Shown here piece after piece: positions 34,556-46,700 of a stretch of DNA of 64,000 nucleotides (position 1 is the first letter of the stretch; every line of letters starts with the position of its first letter). The notes below the pieces were generated by a model, which saw only the letters and a program-made list of their open reading frames with translations, was not told where the DNA came from and ran no database searches. Both the position numbers and the translations under genes were made by a program. The stretch is from a virus (lineage: Duplodnaviria; Caudoviricetes): the IMG/VR virus record IMGVR_UViG_3300027776_000002, positions 1 to 64,000 of that record. The stretch is one strand, 5' to 3'.

Positions 34556-35293
34556 ATGTCCGATGAAATACATGATACAAACGATCAGTTGGTTTTGATC
34601 GTGGGCTATTCAGCGACGGGTAAATCCGCATCGCTGCGAAACATTCGTGATCAACCAAAATGGATGTATTTGAATTGTGAAGCAGGCAAACGTTTACCTT
34701 TCAAAAACAAGTTCGATAGTTATCGAATTGAAGATCCATATCAGGTGCACGAAGCATTTGATCACGGTACTAATAATCCCTCTGTCAGTGGTATCATTAC
34801 TGACTCATTAACGTTCCTGATGGATATGTATGAAACACAGTACGTTCTTCAGGCTACGAACACGATGCAGGGTTGGAGTAATTTCGCTCAGTTCTTCAAA
34901 GTTCTAATGCAGCAGAAAGTTACTGCATTTGGAAAGCCAACTATCTTCACTGCTCACGTCGGCGATATGTTAGATGAGAAAGCAATGGAGATCAAAACCT
35001 CAGTACCAATCAAGGGTTCTTTAAAGAACAATGGTATTGAAGCCTACTTCTCAACTGTCGTTGCTGCAAAGAAAGTTCCACTCAAGGAGATCGAAAAGTA
35101 CAAGTCTAACTTGCTAACGATTACCGATGAGGAGAAAGAGTTGGGTTACAAGCATGTGTTTCAAACCCGACCAACCAAGACCACAACTGGAGAGCGTATT
35201 CGTTCGCCGATGGGAATGTTCTCTAAGGAAGAGACTTACATCGACAATGACGCTCAACTGTTGCTGGACCATCTCAGCGAGTTCTATCGCTGA
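34556..35293 (+). CDS. Sak4-like/AAA_24 ATPase (N4 gp44-like)
   Basis: IVGYSATGKS Walker A; IITDSLT; located upstream of SSB. Confidence 0.82.
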   Translation: MSDEIHDTNDQLVLIVGYSATGKSASLRNIRDQPKWMYLNCEAGKRLPFKNKFDSYRIEDPYQVHEAFDHGTNNPSVSGIITDSLTFLMDMYETQYVLQATNTMQGWSNFAQFFKVLMQQKVTAFGKPTIFTAHVGDMLDEKAMEIKTSVPIKGSLKNNGIEAYFSTVVAAKKVPLKEIEKYKSNLLTITDEEKELGYKHVFQTRPTKTTTGERIRSPMGMFSKEETYIDNDAQLLLDHLSEFYR

Positions 35294-35313
35294 ACCAACA
35301 AAAGGAAACCGAG

Positions 35314-36057
35314 ATGACGCTGTTCAACAAACTGACGAGTGATGGTCTGGAAAAATCCCAAGATCGTTTGGGTGGATTCAGTCCATTCGATTCGGGTATC
35401 TACAAGGGCAAAATCAAAGCTGCTTATGCAGGACATTCACAAGGTGGTGCAATGTCTGTGACGATTCTCGTGGACATGAGTGGTAAGGAATACCGCGAAA
35501 CGTTCTACGTCACCAATAAGAAGGGTGAGAACTTCTTCCTCAACAAGGATGACAAGTCCAAGAAGGTTCCACTTCCGGGATTCACGATCGTCGATGACAT
35601 CTGTCTGATCTGCACTGGCAAGCCACTGGCAGAGCAGGACAGTGAAGAAAAGGTCATCAACATCTATGACTACGACGTCAAGAAGGAACTGCCAAAGTCG
35701 GTGCCGATGTTGATCGAATTGCTGGGCAAGGAGATCTCGCTGGGTATTCTGAAGCAGTTGGAAAACAAGAATATCAAGCAGGGTGAGGAACACGTTGCCA
35801 CTGCCGAAACCCGTGAAATCAACGTGGTGGACAAGGTGTTCCATCCAGAGATGAAGCTCACCGTAGCGGAAGCTCGCAATGGTCAGGACGAGGCGAAGTT
35901 CTACGATTCCTGGGAAGAGCGCAACAAGGGCGTGACCCGTGACAAGCGAACCATCAAGGATGGTGCTGGTGGTACGACGGGCGCTCCTCCGAAGAGCAAT
36001 GCTCCTGCCGGTGGTGGTGCACAGCGTCAAAGCCTGTTCGGTCAGAAAGCGAAGTAA
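35314..36057 (+). CDS. ssb: N4-type single-stranded DNA-binding protein (gp45-like)
   Basis: Synteny; DRLGGF...YRETFYVTN...LPGF; basic C-terminal SLFGQKAK. Confidence 0.85.
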   Translation: MTLFNKLTSDGLEKSQDRLGGFSPFDSGIYKGKIKAAYAGHSQGGAMSVTILVDMSGKEYRETFYVTNKKGENFFLNKDDKSKKVPLPGFTIVDDICLICTGKPLAEQDSEEKVINIYDYDVKKELPKSVPMLIELLGKEISLGILKQLENKNIKQGEEHVATAETREINVVDKVFHPEMKLTVAEARNGQDEAKFYDSWEERNKGVTRDKRTIKDGAGGTTGAPPKSNAPAGGGAQRQSLFGQKAK

Positions 36058-36062
36058 CACCG

Positions 36063-36644
36063 ATGAAGATCCCAGTCGTAGGATTCGATCCGAGTCTCAA
36101 AAACTGGGGGATTGCTGAAGCCATTTTGGATCTTCAAGATGGGATGCTCAGCACACCCACATTGTCCCTGGTTAATCCCAGGGACGATGCTGGGACTAAG
36201 AAGAAAGTTCGGGTCAACTCCCTGGATCTCGAAAAGGCCGAGCAACTGGCTAGCGGAACATTCGCAGCGGCATCGAGAGCAAAGGTTGTCTTCGTAGAAG
36301 TTCCTGTAGGAAGTCAATCAGCGAGAGCAATGGCGTCATACGGAATTTGTATAGGTATCCTTGGTTCTTTGCGATCTAAGGGGATTGAGATCATCGAAGT
36401 GACTCCTACAGAGAACAAGATGATCTTCACTGGATCCAAGACAGCAACAAAAGATGATATGATTCAGAAAGCAATCCAGCTATATCCAAATGCTAACTGG
36501 CCCATCGATAACCGAAAAGGGAAAGGTGGAATCATCATGGGAGAAGCCGAACACATGGCTGATGCAATTGCAGCAATCCATGCTGGGGTTCAAACTCCAG
36601 TATTCCAAAACCTCATGCGCCTACTACAGGCAACCAAGGAATAA
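36063..36644 (+). CDS. RuvC-like Holliday junction resolvase
   Basis: VGFDPSLKNWG, FVEVP, EHMADAIA. Confidence 0.85.
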   Translation: MKIPVVGFDPSLKNWGIAEAILDLQDGMLSTPTLSLVNPRDDAGTKKKVRVNSLDLEKAEQLASGTFAAASRAKVVFVEVPVGSQSARAMASYGICIGILGSLRSKGIEIIEVTPTENKMIFTGSKTATKDDMIQKAIQLYPNANWPIDNRKGKGGIIMGEAEHMADAIAAIHAGVQTPVFQNLMRLLQATKE

Positions 36645-36649
36645 ATGAA

Positions 36650-37090
36650 ATGCAGATCACACTGAACCAAGACGAGATTGAGACTGCGCTGCGGCGTTAT
36701 GTGGAAGATCAGGTAAATATCCGAGAAGGTAACGAAATCACCATCGATCTGAAGGCAGGCCGTGGTGAGAACGGTTTCTCGGCAACCATCGACATCGTGC
36801 CTGCCGGATCGGCAGTTAAACCCCAGACTGCTCCAAGGAATATGCTTCCAACGAAGCCAGCGACCCAGGAACCTGCCCCGGTCACTTCGGCTCCCCAAGC
36901 TGCTGCAACTGCTCAAGAGACCGCACAGGACGCTGCTAGTGAGCCATCCAGCAATAGGGCTACCGATGCCCTAGCTCAGGACACATCGTCCACGGAAGCA
37001 GCTACGGAGGGTGCTCCACCGCCAACTGAGAAGCCACGGAGTCTGTTTGCTGCTTTGGGTAAGCCACGGAACGATCAGCCATCGGCTTGA
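36650..37090 (+). CDS. Conserved N4-like hypothetical protein with low-complexity tail
   Basis: AAGGA RBS; synteny. Confidence 0.75.
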   Translation: MQITLNQDEIETALRRYVEDQVNIREGNEITIDLKAGRGENGFSATIDIVPAGSAVKPQTAPRNMLPTKPATQEPAPVTSAPQAAATAQETAQDAASEPSSNRATDALAQDTSSTEAATEGAPPPTEKPRSLFAALGKPRNDQPSA

Positions 37091-37114
37091 TCAATCTACG
37101 AGGTAAGTTTGAAT

Positions 37115-37148
37115 AAAAGACCTTTGGTTTTAACCAAAGGTCTTTTTT
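37115..37148 (+). terminator. Intrinsic terminator
   Basis: AAAAGACCTTTGG/CCAAAGGTCTTTT followed by further Ts. Confidence 0.85.
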
Positions 37149-37185
37149 ATGGGAGGAATCCTCCTCTCATATGGAGTTAGAACCC

Positions 37186-37332
37186 ATGAAAGAGCAAATC
37201 GAAAAAGCAATCAAAAGTCTGGTTGCTAAAGCTGAGAACGCTCATGACTCAAATGATTCGTTGAAGTTTTCACAAGCAGCAACCAATATCGCGAATGCGT
37301 ATGCAACAATGCAACATGCGAATAAGACATAA
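37186..37332 (+). CDS. Small hypothetical protein (48 aa, not in ORF track)
   Basis: GGAG RBS; flanked by terminators. Confidence 0.6.
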   Translation: MKEQIEKAIKSLVAKAENAHDSNDSLKFSQAATNIANAYATMQHANKT

Positions 37333-37337
37333 AATAG

Positions 37338-37367
37338 AAGAAGCCCCCAATCGGGGGCTTCTTTTTT
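37338..37367 (+). terminator. Intrinsic terminator
   Basis: AAGAAGCCCCC-AATC-GGGGGCTTCTT-TTTT. Confidence 0.85.
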
Positions 37368-37378
37368 GGAGAATCACA

Positions 37379-37621
37379 ATGTCATACACAACACTAGGTG
37401 GGCGAAAGTTACAACATTGGTGTTCGATTGACATCGAACTCGAAGAAGAGACTCAATACGTGTACTTTAATTCAGATTTCCACATTAATAGACGAAAACA
37501 AATGCCAGTAAGTTATGCAAAAGAGTTTTCTCATGCGGAAATTTTACGTGACAGTTCTCTTATCAAAAGTATCAATGATCACTACGGAAAAGTTACGATG
37601 CCAGATGAATCACCATTCTGA
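37379..37621 (+). CDS. Hypothetical protein (80 aa)
   Basis: GGAG RBS before ATG 37379. Confidence 0.6.
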   Translation: MSYTTLGGRKLQHWCSIDIELEEETQYVYFNSDFHINRRKQMPVSYAKEFSHAEILRDSSLIKSINDHYGKVTMPDESPF

Positions 37622-37705
37622 TAGGAGTTGACAAACTCCTCATATAAGTTGTATCTAAGCATCTGCTTGGATCACTGTGCCCTGCGGGAAGACCATATCC
37701 AAAGC

Positions 37706-37750
37706 CAGCAAAGCCCCCGAGGCCATGATTCTCGGGGGCTTTGCTGTTTT
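37706..37750. terminator. Bidirectional terminator between convergent gene blocks
   Basis: 16-bp perfect stem CAGCAAAGCCCCCGAG/CTCGGGGGCTTTGCTG. Confidence 0.85.
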
Positions 37751-37757
37751 AGTAAAA

Positions 37758-40700
37758 TCAATTCACAAGATTCCACCATGGGTTAAGTGTCGGTGCACGA
37801 AGCGCCATGCCCGGACCCATCGACCAACCAAGCGAACCATCAATAGTCTTCATGATGATGTTGTCCTCAAATGGCAGATCGATTCCGTCAATTGGAACAG
37901 GCATCATCGAAGTCATTAAAGCATGTACCGGATTGTTTCGGATCATGCTCAATGCCACCTTGGAAATACGGATCTTGTAATTGTAGAACCACAGTAAGCC
38001 CATGTTCTCCAAGTACGAACGGAAGCGACCAGGGAGACGGTCGTAATTCACAAACTCTTCTGTCACTCGACCCATCGCATATTCTTTCGACTTCTTCTGA
38101 CGCTTCACGAGATCATCATAGAGCACGGCCTTTGCGATGAAGTCACCGTACTGCACTGACTTCTGCAAGCCTTGAAAGAGAGCAGTGTCACGAGTGATCA
38201 ACGCATAGCGACCAGCATTGCGAACCTTCTCTGGCAGCTTGTTGACCATGCGCTCCATGTACTGCACGAGTTTGCCGGAGGTGAGTTCCAGATCTTCATT
38301 GATCATGCCAACATCGGCAATCGTACTAAACTCGCCAGCTTCAATCAGCGGCCAGATACCTAGACGTTTGTGCGAATCCGTAATCGACTGAATCTCAGCC
38401 TTCAACTTACGTTGTTCGATTGGATTCTCAGTCGCACGCAATTCTGCTTCCGCATCAATTTGACGCAAACGAGTCTTTGCAAAGCTATCAATCTCAGCCA
38501 GCTTTTTTGGCATGCTATAAGTGATGTCGAGCATAGGCACACCACGAGCCATCAGCTGGTACACATTTGACATGAAGTTGTAAACCGGAACAACCATCGA
38601 CTTCACAACAATCAATGTACGAGCATCAGCCATCAGGTTTTGAATCACCTGTTCGCTCTTCACCAGCAACTTGTAACCGTCGAGGCTGAAAGCAGCCACG
38701 AGATTCTTCACTGTGTCTTGCGTTTCCTTGGACCACTTGCTGTTGCCAGTCCAGAAGTCACCCACAGATGCAGAGCGATAGCCGATAGCATCATCGAGCA
38801 TATCTTTACGAACCCAGAACTGCTCACCAAACTTCTCACGGATGTAAGCGAGAGTTTCATCAGTGAACAGATTGACAGCATCTTGTTGTACTTGATTCAA
38901 CAATTTCGGATTCAGCAGATTGATATATTGTTTTTGGTTCGAGCTAGAAGCCAGCATGTCTTCGTCATACATCGCACGAAGTGCATCGATCAACTTCTCG
39001 TTGTAGATCTGACTCATACCTTCTTCGGCCTGACGACCACGCCATACACCGATTATGCGTGGAAGATTCTGAGGCGGCATGACACGCTTCCATTGAGTAG
39101 CGGAGATCGGACGTTCCATTGCCACCACTGTACCGTAGTCGTCGTACACGGGCATCAGAGCTTCTTCCGTGGCGGTCTCATTGCGCATCTGTGCAGACAG
39201 GCGACGAACTTCGGTTCGATCCGTCACTCGACCAGCCATTTGAGCAACGGTGAATCCAGTCACCGAATCAACACCACCAGCAGTGTGACGGACATTTTGC
39301 ATGATGCCCTGATTGAACATGGCTCGACCAGAGAGCGGTGCATAATAGTAGCCACGACTCGAAACACGACGTTCGGTAGAAGAACCCTTGTAGTCGGCCA
39401 CTCGGACATATCCCATCTGACGAAGTTGGGAGAAGTTTTTATCGTCCTGGACAACGAGAGACACACCCTGTTCCTGCTCACTTGGGATAAAACCTTTGTA
39501 AGCATTGATGCGAGCTTTACCCTTTGAAGATTTGCTGACTTCTTCCTTTCGCTGTCCAACCAGATAATCAAGAGTGAAGGACAGACCATCCGTTTCACTT
39601 TGAACCAAAGAAGTAATGTTGCTGCGATCGGATTGGTCAAGACCTTCGATAGCGTACAGAGTGATCAACTTGTCCAGTGCATTGATAATGTTCTTTGGAG
39701 GTGTCTTGTAACCACGACCAACAGTCTGCCCAAAGAGATTCGCAATCGAATAAGCATTGCGAAGTAGGTTCTTACCAGGGACTCCAGTATTCATGAAGTT
39801 GGCAAGTTGCTGTGCCTTCTGTTTGATCAAACCATAGTGATTCTTGTCATGAGATTGAATCAGCTGTTCCAGCTTGTTGATCTCATTGTCGAGAGTTGTT
39901 TGGTCAGAGAAGAGCTTCTGAATATCAGCATGGCTCATCGTATCCCGCAGCACTGCAAGATCCGTTTTACCCATCGCATTGAACATCGAAGCGTTCTGTT
40001 CGGGAGTGATCTTGTTAGTGAACTTGCTTATGATGATGCGAGGAGTTTCCTCACGGAACTGTTGGCGAACTTGCTGTACCATCGAGCGAGTGACCTTGAT
40101 CATGTCGTAGACCAAAGCATTCGAGTTGGTGCGACCAACCAAATCAGACATGAGCTTTTGAAGTGGCTCCCAGAGTTTCGACTTGTTGACCATCACCATA
40201 GTCTGTTCTGCAACAATAGCTCCGTTCTTCTCGGTAGCCATAGCAGCCACAAGTTTGGTGGAACGTGCAGCAAACTTGGTAAGTTCATTCTTGGCATTCT
40301 TTTCGACTTCAGTTGCTTTCTCCATCGCTATGTCGGACAGCTTTTCCATACCATCAACGACATAGGTATTCATACGATCCATAATGCCACCAGCTTTGGA
40401 AGCATACTGATCCAGAAACGTCTGCTCATCCTGAGCAACTTTCTTGACGTGTTGAATCAGATTGTCCACAGCTTGCTGGACATTCTTCGAGGAGGTATCT
40501 CCTGCGAGACGCTTAGACAGTGAATCCATCACACTATTGCTGGCGTTTTCCAACATGGCATCGAGACTACCATCAGTGTTCTTCGCCTTGTTTGGAACTT
40601 CGATCTTGCCAAGCACAGTGCGGAATTCATCGCTCACAGTTGCCAGACCCAGAAAAGCTGGGAGCAAACTGGAACGACCAACATCATCGGTGCGGATGAT

Positions 40701-43700
40701 GTGCTTACCCATCACCGAGTCGTACTTTTCCTGTGCGTAGTAACGAGCGGCTGGATCCAGGGATTCTGGATCTGCCATGAAGTCTTCGATCTTGAGATTC
40801 TTCGAGACGTGAGTGTACAACTCCTGTGCACGAGAAAGTGCATTCGGATCGATTTCAGCTTCCGTCGCCAGAGCAGTAACAATCATTCGGAAGGTAGCCG
40901 ATTCCTGCATCGTCATTGGAAAGCCGTGAGCATTCATCGACAGTGCCACGTCGATAGCAGCCATCTGAGCATCCGACACTCGAACTTGACGCAGCTTGTC
41001 TTTCAGCGACAATTTCTCATCACCAAGATAATCGAGAATCTTACGACCGAATGCAGTGCGCACACCCTTTAAGCGTTCATTGTTGCCATAGTTTGTAGAG
41101 TGAAAGAGTTCACCATCTCGATTGATCGTGGAGATAGACGGCTGCGAACGGATAATGATCCCCGAGTTGAATTGTAGATTCGATAGGAAATCATCAACAG
41201 ACTTTGGAGCAATTTTACGGCCCCAAATCATCTGCTTGATTGCCTTGATAACATCTTTCGCCATCTGAACCAAAGAAGGTACTTGTTTCTTTTTCAGAGC
41301 TTCGGTGAGCTGTTCGTTAGTCAGACCCCAGGCCATGAATTCATTGAGCGCCTTAGCTTGTGCCACGGCTTGATCCGATTCGAGATTCGAGGAAAGAATT
41401 GCTTCACGAGCACTAGTGTACGAAGAAGATTTGTCGTCGAGCGTGAGGAATTCCTCCATCATCGTTTCGAGACGAGTAATCGCAGACGTGATTTCTTTGG
41501 AATTTGGACCAAGATCTTCGCGGTTGTAATAAGCGAGCACCGTCTCATACGATGCAGCGTGCACAAGCTCATGCACCATCGTCTCTATGGTTGGGTTGAC
41601 CATGTAGATCGTGTTGTCACCAATGTTGGTCCAACCAAAGACTTCTTGGTCAGGACGTGGATTGAGACCCTTCTGTTCGATGTAAGCATCCAGCTGATCG
41701 ACAGTTCCAGAGATCACCTTGTATTGCTTCGCTGCAAGCGAACGACGGATTTCATCGAAAATGATTTTTTGTGCTTCCGTCATCGTTGGAGCGAGTTTGG
41801 TCATCGCAGTCCAGCTAAGAATACGAGCACCAGTCGAATGCAGACGACCCACCTTTTCCATTTCCGGAGTGGGTTTGGCTGGAGCAACGACTTTGATCGG
41901 AGCAACGGTAACTTCTGGATTCAACGAACCACCTTGCATGATGGTGTTATATCGTTTATTGAGTTCTGCCAGCGTTTGTTCCGAAGTGAGATTGATTGCG
42001 ATACGACCATTCTGATATGGAACAGCGGCAGCAGCCATTTGATCCAAAGAAATTGGCATCGACTGTAATGCTTCATGACGAGCATCGATAGAGTCAGCAG
42101 ACCATTTTAAATTGGCCTGCATGGCATCGATGCGTTCACGAATCTGATCCGGAGTGAACTTGGAATTTTTCGAGTCACCACGCTCCTGTGGAGTGAACAA
42201 GATACGAGTTAGCGCATCGTAGGTCTGATCATTGATAAAAGCATTGTCGAAGTTCTTCATGAAACGACTGAAGGTCTTCGACATTTCACGAAGAGGATTC
42301 CCTTTCCAACTTTCATAGACTGCTTCATTTGCTTGCAGACTATATTCCTTGATCTTGTCAAGTGGCATGTTCATACCATCGAAGATCTTCAGTGTGCCTT
42401 CGAGACCAGCTTGTGCAAGTAGCTGCATCATCATACCGTCACCCATGCCGATAGTGAGCATAGGAATAGCACGGACGCCAGCTTGCCCAGGAGCATAGAT
42501 ACTGGCCGATGCACGCATCGTATCGTCGAGTGCAGCACTGATTTCCAGATCATTGCCACGAACTTCGAGACGTTGATTAGAAGCGATCATGAAACTCTGA
42601 TCACCTGTTTGAACCAAAGGAGCAATGGTCTGCAACTTGCGCTGGATCTTCTCGATCTCAGCACGAGATAGGAATTCACCACGCTTCCAGTTTGGATCAT
42701 TAGCTTCCTTCTCAGCCAGTGCAGTATCGATAGCTTGAACGAATTGATTCTCCAAAATGATAGATTGAATCTGTGCACTGTCACGGAGAATTCCAACCGC
42801 CTTCATCAAGCGACTGCCCACTGTGTCTTCAATGCCTTGACGCATCGGCTCAACAAAGAGTTGAAGCATGTTGGCATTCATCGCTTCCAACTCCGATTGA
42901 TCGAAGGTGAAGTTGTGAGGATTGAAGGTAGTACGACGTTGGCCGAGACTTTCAAACACAAGTTCGCCCTTACTCCACACTGGCTTTTGGCGAGTGAGAG
43001 CATTGTAGGCAGATTGGAAGCGATCCATCTTGACCTGTGCATCCGGATCATTCGGAAACATAGCTTCCGAAAGCGTGATGTTCGGATTGTCGTTGCGAGC
43101 TTGGATCACTGCCGACATACGAGCGTAGATTTCAGTCGTAAGTTGCCCCACCAGCTTGCCAGCGATACCAGCAGCACCCGAACCATACACTGTGATGGTG
43201 AGAGGATTCTTAGCAATACCACGCTTCATTTCCAACGCACCATCTTCCCAAGCACGGTCTGGATTGAAAGTGACATCACTACTGAAAAGACCCATCATCG
43301 AAAGCAGCTGATTCATCTGCTCTAATACTTCAGCAGAGTTCTTCTGTTGTGCAAGTTGGCGACGTAGGAACGAGAGATTTTCACGAGTTGCATCAGTTGA
43401 TGCTTGATAGAGATCCTTCGGATCCTCAGCACGAATGTCAGCCATCGTTTGCGCATCACCGATGACCAAACCACCCTTGCGAATGTTTTTAAGCCAGTCC
43501 TGTTGGAATTCGCCAATGGTCATCAAAGCCATAGCATTGATTGGACCATTGGTCACGCCGTCAGCTTCGAGATAGATGCTCGTCGTAAACTTGGACTTGT
43601 CATCCGTGTTCTGAAGACGTGCGTAATCGACCACGGCATGTAGGCTTGCCATGGTCAGATCGGCACCAGCTTTCTTGAAAGCAGTACGAATCTGATCGAC

Positions 43701-46700
43701 TTGTTCGGAGGTGAAAGTCTCCTCGCCAGAAAGCGGATTATCGAAATCAGCTATTTTCAGCCAGTCTTGCAACATCATGATGACAGGAGCAAGTTCACCA
43801 CTGAGCATTTGATTCAGCTGTATCTGCGATGTTTCGAGCGGCAGGTTGTGCACTTTGATACCAAACGCTTGAGCCAAGCCCAGCGTATAAGCATCCCAGT
43901 TGGCATTATTTTGATTTGCCAGATCGACAGTCACACGAGTTGGTAGGAACGCTTCACGAACCAGCTTGCTGGATTGTGGGTTGTACTTGCCAAGCATCTG
44001 CATACGACCAACACGGCTCATGTTGTAGCCATATCGAATAGGGACATCATCGGCATTCTTCGACGCAGTTTCAGCGAAGTTGGTCAGGTCATATGCCACA
44101 TCCAGCATGTGATTATAAGCAGACACAACACTGGTGTTCTGTCCTTCCAGCGAAGACAGATGATTGACATTCCAGTCTTCTGGATTCTTGATCACGGTAC
44201 CGAAAAGACTCAGCAGACTCTCACGTCCCATAGCAGTAAAGAAACTTACCATTGGGCGATTGATATAAAACGGAGTTTGCTGTTCTTTTTCGAGTGCATC
44301 CTTCTGCGCCGAAGTATTTGGCACTTCAGGATTGTTCATCTGACGCTCGGCAACAGCAGGCACTTCATCACCGAAATAATTCGTGTGCTCTGGTGCGATC
44401 ATCACAGCATTTTCAATCGCATCTTGGAAGGTGCGAATCGGATCATTGTCATCGAGACGCGCAACAATGTAACGCTGGATAGTGCGATTCTCTTTAACAG
44501 AGAATTGCTCTTTTGAGATTTCAGTGGTCTCGATATTCAGCAGTCCCATGTCACGCAGGCCACGAATCATCTCTGAAGCCATTGCTTGTGGAATACCATC
44601 GACGTATGCAATATCAGCATCACGCTTGCCATTGAGACCCCAGTAGTTCGAGATCTTTTGACCCAGTGAACGAACAGCTTGCTCCATGCTCATGCCACTG
44701 GTAACACGTTCAATTATCGCAGGAGTTAGCTCATAGACTGGGATGTTCGTGATCTCAGACACATCCTGCTCATCCATATTGCTTTCGTATTGGTTCGCAG
44801 ACAGCAGCCATTGCATCGCAGCAAGACCAGCTTGCTCGATGATCTGCGTGTTGTATTGGAAGCCATCATCCGTCTGTTCAACCAGATTGAGCACCTTACC
44901 ATTACGCCAGCGATTCGCTTCGACACCATTTTCGCCAAATTTCTTTCCCTTGGTTCGCAAGAACTCTTGCAGATTGTTCTCTACATTTGAGAGAAGATGC
45001 CCAAGCGTATTGCCTTCCTGCTTATCCGACAGGAGAGTTTGGTAGGCATCAGCAGCTTCTTTGCTCAGCGTGTTGCGAGACGAACCAGTGAGGAAGGATT
45101 GCAAGCGAAGGTTTGAGGACAGAGCACGACGAACCGACGCTGCCGGAGATTCTTCGGCATACAGTCGAGTCTTTGGTTCTTGCGGGAATTGGAACGATTC
45201 TAGGAATAGATTTCGCACACCTTTGTAGAGGTTAGGAAATGCAGTTTCGATTCCAGTAGGAGCGGTTTTAGTAGAAACAACAGGAGTTGTCTCCTCAGTC
45301 TTGGAATCAAATGCTTGACGGAAAGCCTTCCCTTCTTCGGATTGATTCTGCGCATTGTTGAGTTGAGCACCTTTTGCACGAGCCATCTTGTACATGGTCG
45401 TAGCGATACCTTGACGACGAAAACCTTCATCAACAGTGACTGACTGATCCATTGAATCATCAAGCGTGTACAGCAATTCACCAACTTCCTGATCTCCCGA
45501 AAAAGCCTTGATGCTTTGTACACCAGCTACTTCCGATTCCTCGTAGCGAATTTCTGGTTTCACATTTGTCCGTACCACTTTCGATGTGGATTCGGTTTTG
45601 GTTGAAGTGGGCTTATCTTGAACATTGGTGATGGGCGCAGGTTTCGATTCCACAGTTGTAGAAGACGCGGGGATAGCGGAAACAGTAGTTTGCTCATTAC
45701 TAATGCTCTCTTGTACTGGCGTAGGAGAACGGAACTTCTGTGCAAGTTCGTCAGGGTTTCCTTGAAGTTCAGCAGCCAACGAAACAGCTTCAATCCTTGG
45801 TTGTGCGAGATCTGGAAATGTTTCAGTTAAACCGTTATATACATCGGACAAGATTTTGCCTTCAAGAGCAATTGACTGTGCTTGATCGATAGATTTTGGC
45901 GAACGAGTATTGACATACATACCATCGCGAGACTCTTTGAAATCACGTTCAGTGTTTGGTTGCAGTGCTTGATACTTCACCGGGGAAGAAGACACATTCC
46001 CTGTAGCGAAGTGTGCATTGAGTGCACCAATCTTGTTCTGCATATGCTGAACAAACTTACCGAAGTCTTCCAGTCGAGCAGCAGCAAGATCATTGTTTTT
46101 TCCACGAACAGCCGAGAGAATGCCCTGAGTGTGACCCAGAGCAGACAGTGCAATCTTGCGAAGAGGATCGTTACCAGCAACCACTTGTTCCGAAACAACA
46201 TCCTTTGCGGAACGTAGACCTTTAGCTTTGATCTCCGCTTCCATTGCCTGACGAGCACGAAGCAGCTGCGTAGATGCACGCAGGGTTGCTTGTTGTTGTG
46301 GTGTCAGTGCGATCTTGCCATTGGCAGCATGTGTGAGGATGTTCTCATTTGCTTCGAGATTGCCTCGATCCGGATGCAAACTCGAAATCACCAGTGCATT
46401 ACGGACATTCTGTTGGCCTTCAACAGTACCAAGAGATTCTTCCGTGACTGGCTTGATGTTCGCATCGACTTGATTCTTCGAGACCATCTCATTGATGGCG
46501 CGAAGTGCACGTTGTACAGATGGAGTGTTTTCGATGTCAGCAACGATAGTCTCGTACTGTTGCAGTGCTTGATTGATCTGAGGATTCTGCATAGCAACAG
46601 AATCGACAGCTGATGGGTCACTCTCCTGTAAGTTGTAGAAAGGTTCCATCAGCATATGAAGACTAGTAGCAGCACGGAGTTGATCCGCACCATCCAAACG

